Origin: PVC group bacterium
GTDB lineage: Bacteria > Auribacterota > Erginobacteria > Erginobacterales > Erginobacteraceae
DNA: 28,808 bases
Direction of reading: 5' to 3'
Assembly (NCBI GenBank): GCA_043804695.1
Contig: JAZDIV010000139.1
Span: 1-28,808, forward strand
Below are positions 7,699-16,892 of the stretch, piece by piece. Numbering within the stretch: position 1 is the stretch's first letter; each line of letters opens with the position of its first letter. The notes beneath the pieces were generated by a model, which was not told the DNA's origin, made no database searches, and was given only the letters and a program-made list of their open reading frames with translations. Made by a program: the position numbers and the translations under genes.

Positions 7699-8696
7699 AA
7701 ATCGACCGCGGCGTCGATCTTCTCCCAGTTTTCCCGGAACCACTTCAGGGTGTTGCTGATCCCTTCCGAGAAACACATCTGAGGACGGTAACCCAGGATC
7801 TCCCCGGCTTTATTGATTGAAGCCCAAAGACGATCCTTGGTGTCCCATCTTCGACGGGGGGCGCGATATATCCCCGCCTGGTTCCCGGTCATTTCATTGA
7901 CCAGGCGAGCCAGATCAATTATCCTGACTTCCTCCCCGGAAGCCAGGTTAATCTCCTCTCCCACCGCGCGTTCGACAAATCCCGCGCTCAGCAACCCGTT
8001 GACGATGTCCCCGACATAGGTAAAATCACGTGTCTCTTCTCCGGTACCGGTGATGGGGAGTGCTTTCCCCTGGAGCGCCCAGAAGATGAAATTGGGGATT
8101 ACATTCCGGTATCGGCCCGGTATTTCGCCCGGGCCATAGGAATTAAAGAACCGTGTCTTCACCACTTTTAAGCCGTAATGCTGCTGGAAGAAGTTGCAGT
8201 AAAGCTCCCCCAGCATTTTAGTAATCTGGTAGGGACTGCTCAGGTGAAGAGACATGAACTCTTCCTTCAGGGGCAACGGGGAACTGCTTCCATAGATGGA
8301 ACACCCGGAAGACGCGTAGACGAACCGTTCCACGCCGGCATCGCGGGCACCCTGGAGGACTTTGAGTGTCCCCATCCCGTTAACCAGCAGATCCTTTTCC
8401 GGGTGGTCGACTGAATTCTGGTTTGCGAAAAAAGCGGCGAGGTGGAAGACATACCGCGGTTTTTTACGGAAGACATCCGTAAGGACATCATCTTCGAGAA
8501 TGCTGCCCTCAACGAATGTCACGTTTGGTAATTTCGGGACGTTCCACTGCTCTGAAGAAGAGAGATCATCCAGAACAATCACCCTCTTTGCTTCCAGATC
8601 GGCCAGGGCGCGGGTCAGATTACTCCCGATCGCCCCTGCTCCCCCCGTCACCAGTACCACGGTATCGAGATATGTGTCCTGACAATCATTTGGCAT
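7695..8696 (-). CDS. NAD-dependent NDP-sugar epimerase/dehydratase (extended SDR)
   Basis: VLVTGGAGAIG, YQITK (YxxxK), RFFNSYGP and TRDFTYV. Start placed at ATG 8696, which has GGGAG upstream, rather than at 8951. Confidence 0.9.
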   Translation of the reverse strand: MPNDCQDTYLDTVVLVTGGAGAIGSNLTRALADLEAKRVIVLDDLSSSEQWNVPKLPNVTFVEGSILEDDVLTDVFRKKPRYVFHLAAFFANQNSVDHPEKDLLVNGMGTLKVLQGARDAGVERFVYASSGCSIYGSSSPLPLKEEFMSLHLSSPYQITKMLGELYCNFFQQHYGLKVVKTRFFNSYGPGEIPGRYRNVIPNFIFWALQGKALPITGTGEETRDFTYVGDIVNGLLSAGFVERAVGEEINLASGEEVRIIDLARLVNEMTGNQAGIYRAPRRRWDTKDRLWASINKAGEILGYRPQMCFSEGISNTLKWFRENWEKIDAAVDF

Positions 8697-8813
8697 AAAA
8701 ATATACTCCCGCTCTTCGACGCTCCTTACCGAATACCGGGCTATCTTAGGAACTCCGGACCCCGTTGGCAATATATTAATCCGACCGCTGTAGTATTTAC
8801 AGCAAGGATTGCG

Positions 8814-8939
8814 GTCATTGCGAGCGTTAGCCGAAGCCGCGAGCAAAGCGTGGCGGGAAGCAATCTCTTGCTCTGCATATAGTTGAGATTGCGTAGCCTG
8901 TCCCGAGCGATAGCGAAGGATCTCGCTCCTCGCAATGAC
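8814..8939. repeat. GTCATTGCGAG-type palindromic repeat element (RPE/REPIN-like, 126 bp)
   Basis: Terminal IR GTCATTGCGAG (8814-8824) / CTCGCAATGAC (8929-8939) and inner IR GCAATCTC (8860-8867) / GAGATTGC (8885-8892). Confidence 0.85.
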
Positions 8940-9055
8940 ATGTCCATCCAATTATGGACTGACTAATAAAACACTCGTCCAAATCGAAAGATGCTCAAAG
9001 ATGTTCCTGAATCCTTCCGGGCTGAGCCAACCACCGGACAAGAAACCTCTCAATC

Positions 9056-10756
9056 TCACTGCAGGTATCCTAACGCCCTGAGTTGCCGGACTGTTTCCCG
9101 GTTCACTTTTACCCGGGAAGGGTTCGGCGCCGGATAGGGTGACCGATTTTTAAAAGAGACAAGAAAATCCCTCATAGTTTCCAGAACATCGGATTCAAGA
9201 TGGGCCAGGTTGTTCAACTCTTCCGGATCCTGCGTCAAATTATAAAGCTCCTCGCGGCCCTCTTTTTCGACATCCCTCAATTCTGATTTCTCGGTCAGGA
9301 TATACTTCCACTCATTGTTCTTTATTACCCCACCAAGAATGAATGTGTCATCTAAGTTCTCTTCAATGTAAATATTCCCGCAGCTTTTTTTTGTTTTTTC
9401 GTTCTTGATCAAGGGCAGCACACTGACGCCTTCCCAGGGAACATCTGACGATATGTCCAGAACGTCCAGTATGGTAGGCACGATGTCTATGCTTCTGACC
9501 GGTCCTTCGACCACCCGGCCGCCGTAGAAGTTTCCCGGGCATTTGATAAGGAGCGGAACCTTCAGCTGATCTTGATAGATGGTTTTCCCGTGCCCGTAAT
9601 CACCGTGTTCTCCAAAAGCCTGCCCGTGGTCCGAAGTGATGATAATCAGGGTCTTGTCGTATATTTTTAACGATTTCAGTTCCCCGATAAGTGTGTTTAT
9701 CTGCACATCAACAAAACGTATTTCCCCGTCATACCGCGAGATAGTTCTTGAATCCTTATCCCCCTTAACATAAGGAAACATTTCATTATACGGCGGCGGA
9801 GGCGTGAATGGGGCATGCGGATCCATATAATGTATATACACAAAGAAATTCTGATTATTATATTTTTTCAGCCAGGGGATAATGTTGGTATTGGCCAGGA
9901 GGGCATTGTCGCGGACATGCGTATTGAAACGGTTTTTAAATATTCTCAGAAAATAAGGCGGCTTTTGCCCCAGCTGCCTGAGAACGCCGTAGTAAAGCTT
10001 ATCTCCCATCAAATGGTCATCAAAAAAATCAAAACCCTGATCGAAGTTGAATATTTTCTTCAGGTTGGGATTCATCACCAGGCCATAGGTGATATATCCT
10101 TTATCACGCACTATTTCCGCGATGGTGATCAACTCGCCGGGTAATTCCTGGGCGTGTAAAGTCGTCCCATGCCTGCTCGGGTAAAGAGAGGTCAATAGTG
10201 ATGCCACCGACGGCTTGGTCCAGGTAGACTGCGTGTAACAATTTTTGAACAGCACTCCTCTTCCGGCCAAAGCGTCCAGGTGCGGACTGGTTTCCTTTTC
10301 ATATCCGTAACAGCCGAGATGGTCGGCTCTCAGCGCGTCGATCACGATCAGGATAACGTTGATGTCCTGTTTCGAATTGGATTTAAGGGGCTCATAAGTG
10401 ACTGCCGGTTCGCGATTTTCCCAGAAAAACCCAAAGGTGGTTACGCTCGCCGATACCGCAATGAGGACAAAACAAACCGTGGTGATAAACTTATCCGCAC
10501 TTTTATTCTGTAAATGAGAGAACCTCGAAAATGATGTTTTTAATTTTCTGAACTTCCTGAATAAAAACAGGAGTAAAAAGACCAGCGGGGAAAAGATTAA
10601 AAAAAGAAAAAATACGGTATAATTAACCAGGAGGATTTTAGCCGTTAATGATAGTTCCATGGAATGCAGGGGATGATCTAAAATCCAAGGATCAAACTTT
10701 AAATAATACGGGGCGGCCAACAGGGCAAGCAGGAAAGAGAGGGTTAAAAAATTCAT
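9056..10756 (-). CDS. Membrane-anchored sulfatase-like hydrolase/transferase (alkaline phosphatase superfamily)
   Basis: Three N-terminal hydrophobic segments, NVILIVIDALRADHL, WTKPSVASLLT, HYMDPHAP, TSDHG and the C-terminal LRALGY. Confidence 0.88.
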   Translation of the reverse strand: MNFLTLSFLLALLAAPYYLKFDPWILDHPLHSMELSLTAKILLVNYTVFFLFLIFSPLVFLLLFLFRKFRKLKTSFSRFSHLQNKSADKFITTVCFVLIAVSASVTTFGFFWENREPAVTYEPLKSNSKQDINVILIVIDALRADHLGCYGYEKETSPHLDALAGRGVLFKNCYTQSTWTKPSVASLLTSLYPSRHGTTLHAQELPGELITIAEIVRDKGYITYGLVMNPNLKKIFNFDQGFDFFDDHLMGDKLYYGVLRQLGQKPPYFLRIFKNRFNTHVRDNALLANTNIIPWLKKYNNQNFFVYIHYMDPHAPFTPPPPYNEMFPYVKGDKDSRTISRYDGEIRFVDVQINTLIGELKSLKIYDKTLIIITSDHGQAFGEHGDYGHGKTIYQDQLKVPLLIKCPGNFYGGRVVEGPVRSIDIVPTILDVLDISSDVPWEGVSVLPLIKNEKTKKSCGNIYIEENLDDTFILGGVIKNNEWKYILTEKSELRDVEKEGREELYNLTQDPEELNNLAHLESDVLETMRDFLVSFKNRSPYPAPNPSRVKVNRETVRQLRALGYLQ

Positions 10757-10814
10757 AATGACTTGTGTTTGTGATTACATTTATTTATTCACCCAAAATA
10801 TTACAAACAGCCCT

Positions 10815-12029
10815 TCACATCTTCTGGAGAAGCTGTTCATACGCCGCCAGAGAACCGTCCAGGGAGAAGTGCCGTCCCACGTATTCCCTTCCTTTCCGGC
10901 CCATTTCCGCTTTTAAAGCAGCGTCTTTATACAGCCTGAGAACAGCTTGAGCCATCTCCCCAGGCCCCGTAATCTCTTCCGACCAGCCGCAGCCCGATTC
11001 CCTGATAATATCATTCGCTTCGCTTTCCCGGTTCAAGCTGCCGATGATCGGCTTGCCGGCGGCCATATACCCCAGAATCTTGGAAGGCACCACCGGCGTC
11101 CTCATGGACTTTTTCAGTGTTACCAGCCCCACATCTGCACGGGCCACCAGGGCCGGATAATCACTGAGCGGGATAAAGGGATGGAGAATGATATTTCCCA
11201 GCGAGAACTTTCTTATCCGGCTCTCCAGCCTACCTTTTTGACTCCCTTCGCCGACCAATAGAAATACAATGTCAGAATATTTTTTCAGCCGGCGCGCCGC
11301 TTCGATAATCACATCCATATCCTGCGCGTAACTCATAACTCCGGCAAAGAGCACAACAAACTTATCCCGCAGATCCACTCCGGCCCGGAGAGGAGATCCC
11401 CCCTCCCCTGTCTTAAATGCCGATAGATCAACCCAGTTGTGAATGACCTTTATTTTTTCAGACGGGATGCCAATCCCGGCGATACACGCTTTATTTCCCG
11501 GAGAATGGACAGTAATATACCGGGCCCGGCGGTAGATAAATTTCTCCAGAACCTGAAACATTCTGATCAGGGGAAGGCTTTTCAGGGCCTGCAAGTCGAT
11601 CGCATTCTGGGGAAAGAGATCCTGGACATTGAAGATATAGTCCGCCCTTTTCAACACTTTCAAACAATAGGCGGTAAGCCCCAACGGCAAAGGCGGAGAA
11701 TAGACAATTGAAACATCGATCCGGCCCATAAAGAAGGCGGCCAGGGAGAAGATCCCCGGCAAAACCATTTGCCCGAAGCCCCTTTTCAGGTGGGAAACAT
11801 TGTGGAGAGGGGGGGTCTGAACACGAACAACCTGAATACCGTCTTCCCGGCTCCGGCTGAATAGTTCTTTTGACGGGAACTGCCCCTCAATAAGATTATA
11901 TTTCGGCATCGAAGTGATGACCGAGACCCGGTGTCCATTCCGGGCCAGGCCCCGGGCCAGTTCAGACATCATCAGCGAAGCGGATCTGATCTCCGGCGGA
12001 TATGAATCAGTAATCAGCAATACATTCAT
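10815..12029 (-). CDS. Glycosyltransferase family 4, WbuB-like
   Basis: MNVLLITDSYPPE, YSPPLP, FNVQDLFP and PSKILGYMAAGKP. An alternative start lies at 12044. Confidence 0.9.
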   Translation of the reverse strand: MNVLLITDSYPPEIRSASLMMSELARGLARNGHRVSVITSMPKYNLIEGQFPSKELFSRSREDGIQVVRVQTPPLHNVSHLKRGFGQMVLPGIFSLAAFFMGRIDVSIVYSPPLPLGLTAYCLKVLKRADYIFNVQDLFPQNAIDLQALKSLPLIRMFQVLEKFIYRRARYITVHSPGNKACIAGIGIPSEKIKVIHNWVDLSAFKTGEGGSPLRAGVDLRDKFVVLFAGVMSYAQDMDVIIEAARRLKKYSDIVFLLVGEGSQKGRLESRIRKFSLGNIILHPFIPLSDYPALVARADVGLVTLKKSMRTPVVPSKILGYMAAGKPIIGSLNRESEANDIIRESGCGWSEEITGPGEMAQAVLRLYKDAALKAEMGRKGREYVGRHFSLDGSLAAYEQLLQKM

Positions 12030-12081
12030 CGGCAGAGAATTCATCCCGCGGGTCAATCAATACCCGCACAGTTGAGGCCGC

Positions 12082-14268
12082 TTACTCACCCGCTGAGGCC
12101 AGGTATTTCTCGATCTCTATTTCCAGAGGGACACCTCTCCGGAGAGATTCTTGAATCCGAAATGTGGCAACGGTTGTGTAGAGGTATTCCCGAAAGTCAA
12201 CCGGGAGATCCCCCCCCTCTCTAACCGCGGTGAAGAAGGAGAGGAACTCATCGGCATGTCCGCGATCGATATTCATTTTTTTTTGCTTCCGCACCTTGCC
12301 GGTTCGCGTCAGCGAGACCAGCCGGAAATTGTCGATCAGGCATACCGAACCGCCCCCGAATATCTCCACCCGCTCACGGGGGAATAAACCATCCCCGGCG
12401 GCCGTATAGGTGATCCCGGCCACGGAACCGTCCGCATACTGAAGGTTAATAATAATATTCTCTTCTTCCTGATAGGGCAACCCGGCACCGGAGATCGAAG
12501 AGGCAAAAACCCGGCAGGGCAGGGAGCCGGTCAGATATTGAATCAAGTCGATAAAATGTCCAACCTCCCCGATGATCCTCCCGCCTCCTTCAGCTCGATT
12601 TTGGACCCAGCTCTCGGGAGGAATAAATCCGGCATTAACACGACAATCGATGACCCAGGGACCGCCGATTCGGGAAAGCCAGGAGCGCGCCTTCCGGCTG
12701 AACGGGGAAAAGCGCCGATTATACCCAACCATCAGCCTCCCCCCGCTCCGCTCGTATGCTTTCAGGACAGTCCGCAATTCTTCCCGGTTCAAGGCCAGGG
12801 GCTTCTCAACAAAGACAGCTTTCCCGCTGTTAAGAGCCTCTATCGCCAATGCCGCGTGAGAATTATGCCGGGTGACGATTAAGAGGCAATCGATCTCCGG
12901 ATCATTAAAAAGGGCGGTGTAATCGGTGGTGCAGTATTCGAACCCCCACTTCCTCCCGGCATGTGCGCCGCTGCTTCCGGTGGCGGTGGCCAATCCCTTC
13001 AAACGGATCCAGGGGATGCCTTTAATCGCAGGCAGGAGCGTCCCTTTGGCGAAAAGTCCGGCGCCGATCAGCCCGACATTGACAGTATCCCGGCTGGAAT
13101 AAACATGTTTTTCAGTCAAAAACACCTTCTTCTCTCCGGGCTTCTCAGAAGGATACTCTATGACTATTCCTACATAACTGGCCTGTTCTTCGCCGGATAT
13201 TATCTTGTAGGCCTGATCCGCCTGCCCGATCGGGAACCGATGGGTGATTAACTTCTTCAGGTTGACCTTCTTCTGACCGACCAGGTAGAGAAACCCTTCC
13301 AGGTTGCGGTGGGCCGGCCACCGAACATATGATATGGGGTAGCAGAAGCCCCTCTCTTCATAATTGATATCGTCGATCCCGGGTCCCCCGGAATGCGGAA
13401 TCACCAGCTGTAATTCTTTCTGGTAGAAGACCGACCGGGGCAATGTCAGCCCGACCAGCCCCGGCACCGCAATGACAGCCCTCTCCCTGGCCAATTCGGC
13501 AGCGAGTTCTACCGGGCGCTGGCTCTTCGTCGCCGCCATGATAATCACCGCGTCGACGCCCGCGCCCCCGGTCAGGCCGCGAACCGTGCGGCACGCGTCT
13601 TCTTCACTGGAGCAAGCATCATCGGCCCCCAGCTCCCGGGCCAGGTCGACCTTCCACTCCTCGGGATCCACTCCGATTACCCTGGCCCCGGATGCCTTCA
13701 GCAGTTGGAGCGAGATCAACCCCAGCAGACCCAGGCCGATGACCACGACAGTATCACCCAGTCCCGTATGAAGCAGCCGGGTCCCATGGAGAGCGATCGC
13801 TCCCACGCCGGCAAAAGCGGCTTCTTCGAATTCGACTTCCGCCGGAAGGGCGGCGCAGAGATTTCGCGGCGCGAAGATCACTTCCGCATGAGAAGCCCAA
13901 CCGCTTCCGAAACAGGCGACTCGATCACCGATCCGAAACCCCCCTGCACCCTCTCCTACTTCGGTTACTTCTCCGGCACAGCTGTAACCCAGCGCCACCG
14001 GCTGATCCAGCCGTCCCCGGGACTGGCGATACGCTTCTTTTACACCCTCGGTCCGGACTTTCTGCCAGACTTTTTTCACCAGATCAGGCCGGCTTTTTGC
14101 TTTCCCCGCTATATTCTTACGGGCCAACTGGAGCCCGGACTTTTCCGTTCCCGCGCTGATCAACGAGGCGGCGTTCCGGACCAGGACCCCGCCGCTTCGA
14201 CAGCGGGGAACCGGCACCTCCGCGACCTCCAGCTTTCCCGTTCGATATGATTGAATGACCTGCTTCAT
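12082..14268 (-). CDS. Bi-domain oxidoreductase (MDR dehydrogenase + Gfo/Idh/MocA)
   Basis: SLISAGTE, LGYSCAG and GLGLLG in the first domain; GLIGAGLFA, TRHNSH, FVEKP and VGYNRRF in the second. Confidence 0.9.
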   Translation of the reverse strand: MKQVIQSYRTGKLEVAEVPVPRCRSGGVLVRNAASLISAGTEKSGLQLARKNIAGKAKSRPDLVKKVWQKVRTEGVKEAYRQSRGRLDQPVALGYSCAGEVTEVGEGAGGFRIGDRVACFGSGWASHAEVIFAPRNLCAALPAEVEFEEAAFAGVGAIALHGTRLLHTGLGDTVVVIGLGLLGLISLQLLKASGARVIGVDPEEWKVDLARELGADDACSSEEDACRTVRGLTGGAGVDAVIIMAATKSQRPVELAAELARERAVIAVPGLVGLTLPRSVFYQKELQLVIPHSGGPGIDDINYEERGFCYPISYVRWPAHRNLEGFLYLVGQKKVNLKKLITHRFPIGQADQAYKIISGEEQASYVGIVIEYPSEKPGEKKVFLTEKHVYSSRDTVNVGLIGAGLFAKGTLLPAIKGIPWIRLKGLATATGSSGAHAGRKWGFEYCTTDYTALFNDPEIDCLLIVTRHNSHAALAIEALNSGKAVFVEKPLALNREELRTVLKAYERSGGRLMVGYNRRFSPFSRKARSWLSRIGGPWVIDCRVNAGFIPPESWVQNRAEGGGRIIGEVGHFIDLIQYLTGSLPCRVFASSISGAGLPYQEEENIIINLQYADGSVAGITYTAAGDGLFPRERVEIFGGGSVCLIDNFRLVSLTRTGKVRKQKKMNIDRGHADEFLSFFTAVREGGDLPVDFREYLYTTVATFRIQESLRRGVPLEIEIEKYLASAGE

Positions 14269-14269
14269 C

Positions 14270-14300
14270 TATAAATTTGCTCGCTGCGCTCGTAAATTTA
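14270..14300 (-). repeat. Short hairpin element (CTCGCTGCGCT core) next to a start codon
   Basis: TATAAATTTGCTCGCTGCGCT matches 23851-23871 at 20/21. Its arms are TAAATTT..AAATTTA. Confidence 0.7.
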
Positions 14301-14310
14301 CACTGTCGAT

Positions 14311-15462
14311 TCATTCAGTTACATGACGATTATCATAAGCCTGCCGGAATACCGCCAGAGTTTTGCGGGCGGTTACCTCCCAGGAAAAACCCTTAACCCT
14401 CCGTTTCCCTTTTTCGATCAGGCGTTTCCTCAATTCCGCGTCATCCATTAATATTTTTATTTTCTCCGCCATCTCTTCCTCGCTGAAAGGATCAAAGTAA
14501 AGCGCGGCGTCACCCAGGATTTCTTTCATCACCCCGGTCCGGGCGGCGGCGACCGGCACCCCGGAAATCATCGCCTCCAGGGAGGGATGTCCGAATGTTT
14601 CCAAGTAAGAGGGAAAGATAAATATTTCCGCCCGGGAATATATATACGGCGCCAGGGCATAGGCCAGATTGCCCGTCAGGATAACCCTGGAATGGAGATC
14701 TTCTTTCCTGATCAACTCCGCCATTAACCGGAAGTAGCCGGGATCCTGATTTCCGCCGACGATCACCAGGGGAATTATATTTTTATCGTGCCTGGAAATC
14801 AATAGCTGATACGCTTTGATCAGGTTTAAAAAATTCTTATACGAGTAAATCGTGGAAACCGCCAGAAGATACCGGGCCGGAAGGGGCGGCAGCTTATCTC
14901 CATAAGCGTTACCGGCCGGAAGGCCAAAATCCGGATTAATGCCATGATGCACCGCGACCGTTTTCCCCGGGTTTAATCGCAGTTTCCGGCTCACCAGTCG
15001 GCGAGACGCTTCGGAGACAAAAATGATTCGAGCCGCCTTTCGGGCGGAGATCCGGGATAACCAGCGCAAGATAGCGAGCCGCGCCCGGGCAGCACCCTTC
15101 CAGGGCAGCTTGTAATCGGTGAAGAGGGTGGGGTTTCTCATGGCCAGCACTACCGGGCAGGGTGTTCTGAAAGGGGAAATATCAGTGGGAGAATATAAAA
15201 GATCTGCCCGAGAGCGGGCCAGATAAAACGGCAGCGCCAATTGCTCATACAGCACCCGATACGCCGGTGAAGAAAAAGGGATGGTCACCCGTTTCAATTG
15301 AATCCGGGCAGAGAGGGATCCCGGGGAAAAGTGGCAGCGCCGGGGAATTAAAATCACGTACTGATCTTCGCTGCTGATCCTGTCCAGGGCAGGCAAGATG
15401 TTGGTAAAATAGGTTATTCCCCCGCCGCTGACGGCTGAAAGAGCATTAACGGCAATTATCAT
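14311..15462 (-). CDS. Glycosyltransferase family 4 (MtfB/WbpX-like)
   Basis: GGAG before ATG 15462; FPSYLETFGHPSLEAM (E-x7-E); FSWEVTARKT. Confidence 0.9.
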   Translation of the reverse strand: MIIAVNALSAVSGGGITYFTNILPALDRISSEDQYVILIPRRCHFSPGSLSARIQLKRVTIPFSSPAYRVLYEQLALPFYLARSRADLLYSPTDISPFRTPCPVVLAMRNPTLFTDYKLPWKGAARARLAILRWLSRISARKAARIIFVSEASRRLVSRKLRLNPGKTVAVHHGINPDFGLPAGNAYGDKLPPLPARYLLAVSTIYSYKNFLNLIKAYQLLISRHDKNIIPLVIVGGNQDPGYFRLMAELIRKEDLHSRVILTGNLAYALAPYIYSRAEIFIFPSYLETFGHPSLEAMISGVPVAAARTGVMKEILGDAALYFDPFSEEEMAEKIKILMDDAELRKRLIEKGKRRVKGFSWEVTARKTLAVFRQAYDNRHVTE

Positions 15463-15508
15463 TTTATCTCCAGGAAGCGGATCTCTCCCCCGGGACGACG
15501 GAATCTGA

Positions 15509-16888
15509 CTACCCGGCTTGTTCTGCATCGGTCAGCGAACACCTCCGCGCGACCTCGCTGGCCACAAAATTCAACTTTCCCCCATCATGGGTTATGTCTT
15601 CCACCGGTTCCATCACCAGGGGGATCTGGTTTTTGGTGCGGCGGACTAATTCCGCCCTGACTTTTTCCAAAAGCGGAGACAGGTCAGACGGAGGAAGGCC
15701 GGGGACATATTTCAGAAGCAGTGAATAATCCGCTTTCTGAATGATCCGGAAACTTTTAACGGCATCCGGGAAGTCATCGAAGATGGTGGTTAAATAAGCC
15801 CCGCTGACCGCCGTGCCGTCGGGAAGTTTTATCATATCCGTCGTCCTGCCCCGGACCGGGCCCATCATAGGCAGGCGGACTCCGCAAGGGCATTCTCCTG
15901 CCAGAGCTCTCCCCAGATCCCGGTTTTCATACCGGATGATCGGAAAAACATAATTTTCCAGGTCCGTTACCAGAATTTTTCCGGTTTCTCCGTCGGGCCG
16001 GGGGCGCCCACTCTCATCCACAAACTCGATATGCCTGCCTTCCCAATTGATATGAAGGCCCTCCCGGCAGCGGCACTGAGCAGCCAGCCAGTAGACCTCC
16101 GCCGAACCGTATTCCTCGTAAACCGGAGCGCGGAAAATTCGTTCGATCAGCTGCCGCTGGACCGCGGTGATCGGAGAAGCCGTTACCCAGACAGCCCGGG
16201 GGGAATGAACCGTTATCTCATTCTGCTCGGCATAAAGAGCCAGATGATGCACGGACCCGACATATCCCTCCAAAAGCGGAGGCTGAAGTTGATTGAACTT
16301 TCGAAGAAAGACGTCGAGCGCCCGGGGCGTCATGGAAGCGGCGTCCAGACGAAGTTTCCGCGTTGGGTACCAGGCGCACACATTGACCAATCGATCAATC
16401 GCCCCTCGACGCCGCATACGCCAGACAAACGCGCCGTCCATGCTCGGATCGATCCCCCACCAGTTCATCATTCGCCAGGAATATGTTTCCACCGACGCTC
16501 TTTTGTCATGCAACACTTTGACCGGAACCCCGGTGCTTCCACCGGTTGTCGATACGCACATCTCGTTCGGGCGTGTTCCTCCCGCAATCATTTCACTAAA
16601 GTTCTCTTTCAGTTCCCGGCGGGTCACCGGAGGGATTTTACAGAAATCATCCGGACTTTTGATATCGTTCGGGTGAAGACCGAGGGATCCATATTTTTTC
16701 CGATAAAAAGGGACCTTATCCCAGGCAAATTTCAATAATTGCTGTCTCCGGACCCAATTAATATCTTCCAGTTCCTCTCTTGTCAGATACTGATTTCGCA
16801 ACAGCATTTGGTACTTGCGCGCAGCTTCTTTCCGGTAAATAGCATATTTCAAGAAAAACAAACTTTTCTTGATCTCTTTCCGGTTCAT
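15509..16888 (-). CDS. Phenylacetate-CoA ligase family / CapK-like adenylate-forming enzyme
   Basis: VPFYR, STTGGSTG loop, EYGSAE, VTDLEN..PIIRY..DLG and GRTTD. An alternative GTG start lies at 16912. Confidence 0.88.
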   Translation of the reverse strand: MNRKEIKKSLFFLKYAIYRKEAARKYQMLLRNQYLTREELEDINWVRRQQLLKFAWDKVPFYRKKYGSLGLHPNDIKSPDDFCKIPPVTRRELKENFSEMIAGGTRPNEMCVSTTGGSTGVPVKVLHDKRASVETYSWRMMNWWGIDPSMDGAFVWRMRRRGAIDRLVNVCAWYPTRKLRLDAASMTPRALDVFLRKFNQLQPPLLEGYVGSVHHLALYAEQNEITVHSPRAVWVTASPITAVQRQLIERIFRAPVYEEYGSAEVYWLAAQCRCREGLHINWEGRHIEFVDESGRPRPDGETGKILVTDLENYVFPIIRYENRDLGRALAGECPCGVRLPMMGPVRGRTTDMIKLPDGTAVSGAYLTTIFDDFPDAVKSFRIIQKADYSLLLKYVPGLPPSDLSPLLEKVRAELVRRTKNQIPLVMEPVEDITHDGGKLNFVASEVARRCSLTDAEQAG

Positions 16889-16892
16889 TATA

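Noticed and set aside
8787..8803. LexA-box-like GCTGTA-GTATT-TACAGC
   Set aside because: The spacing is CTGT-N7-ACAG rather than N8; a single short palindrome with no other support.
8697..8951. 85-aa N-terminal extension of the epimerase in the ORF track
   Set aside because: It runs through a palindromic repeat. ATG 8696 has a good RBS and sits just before the Rossmann motif.
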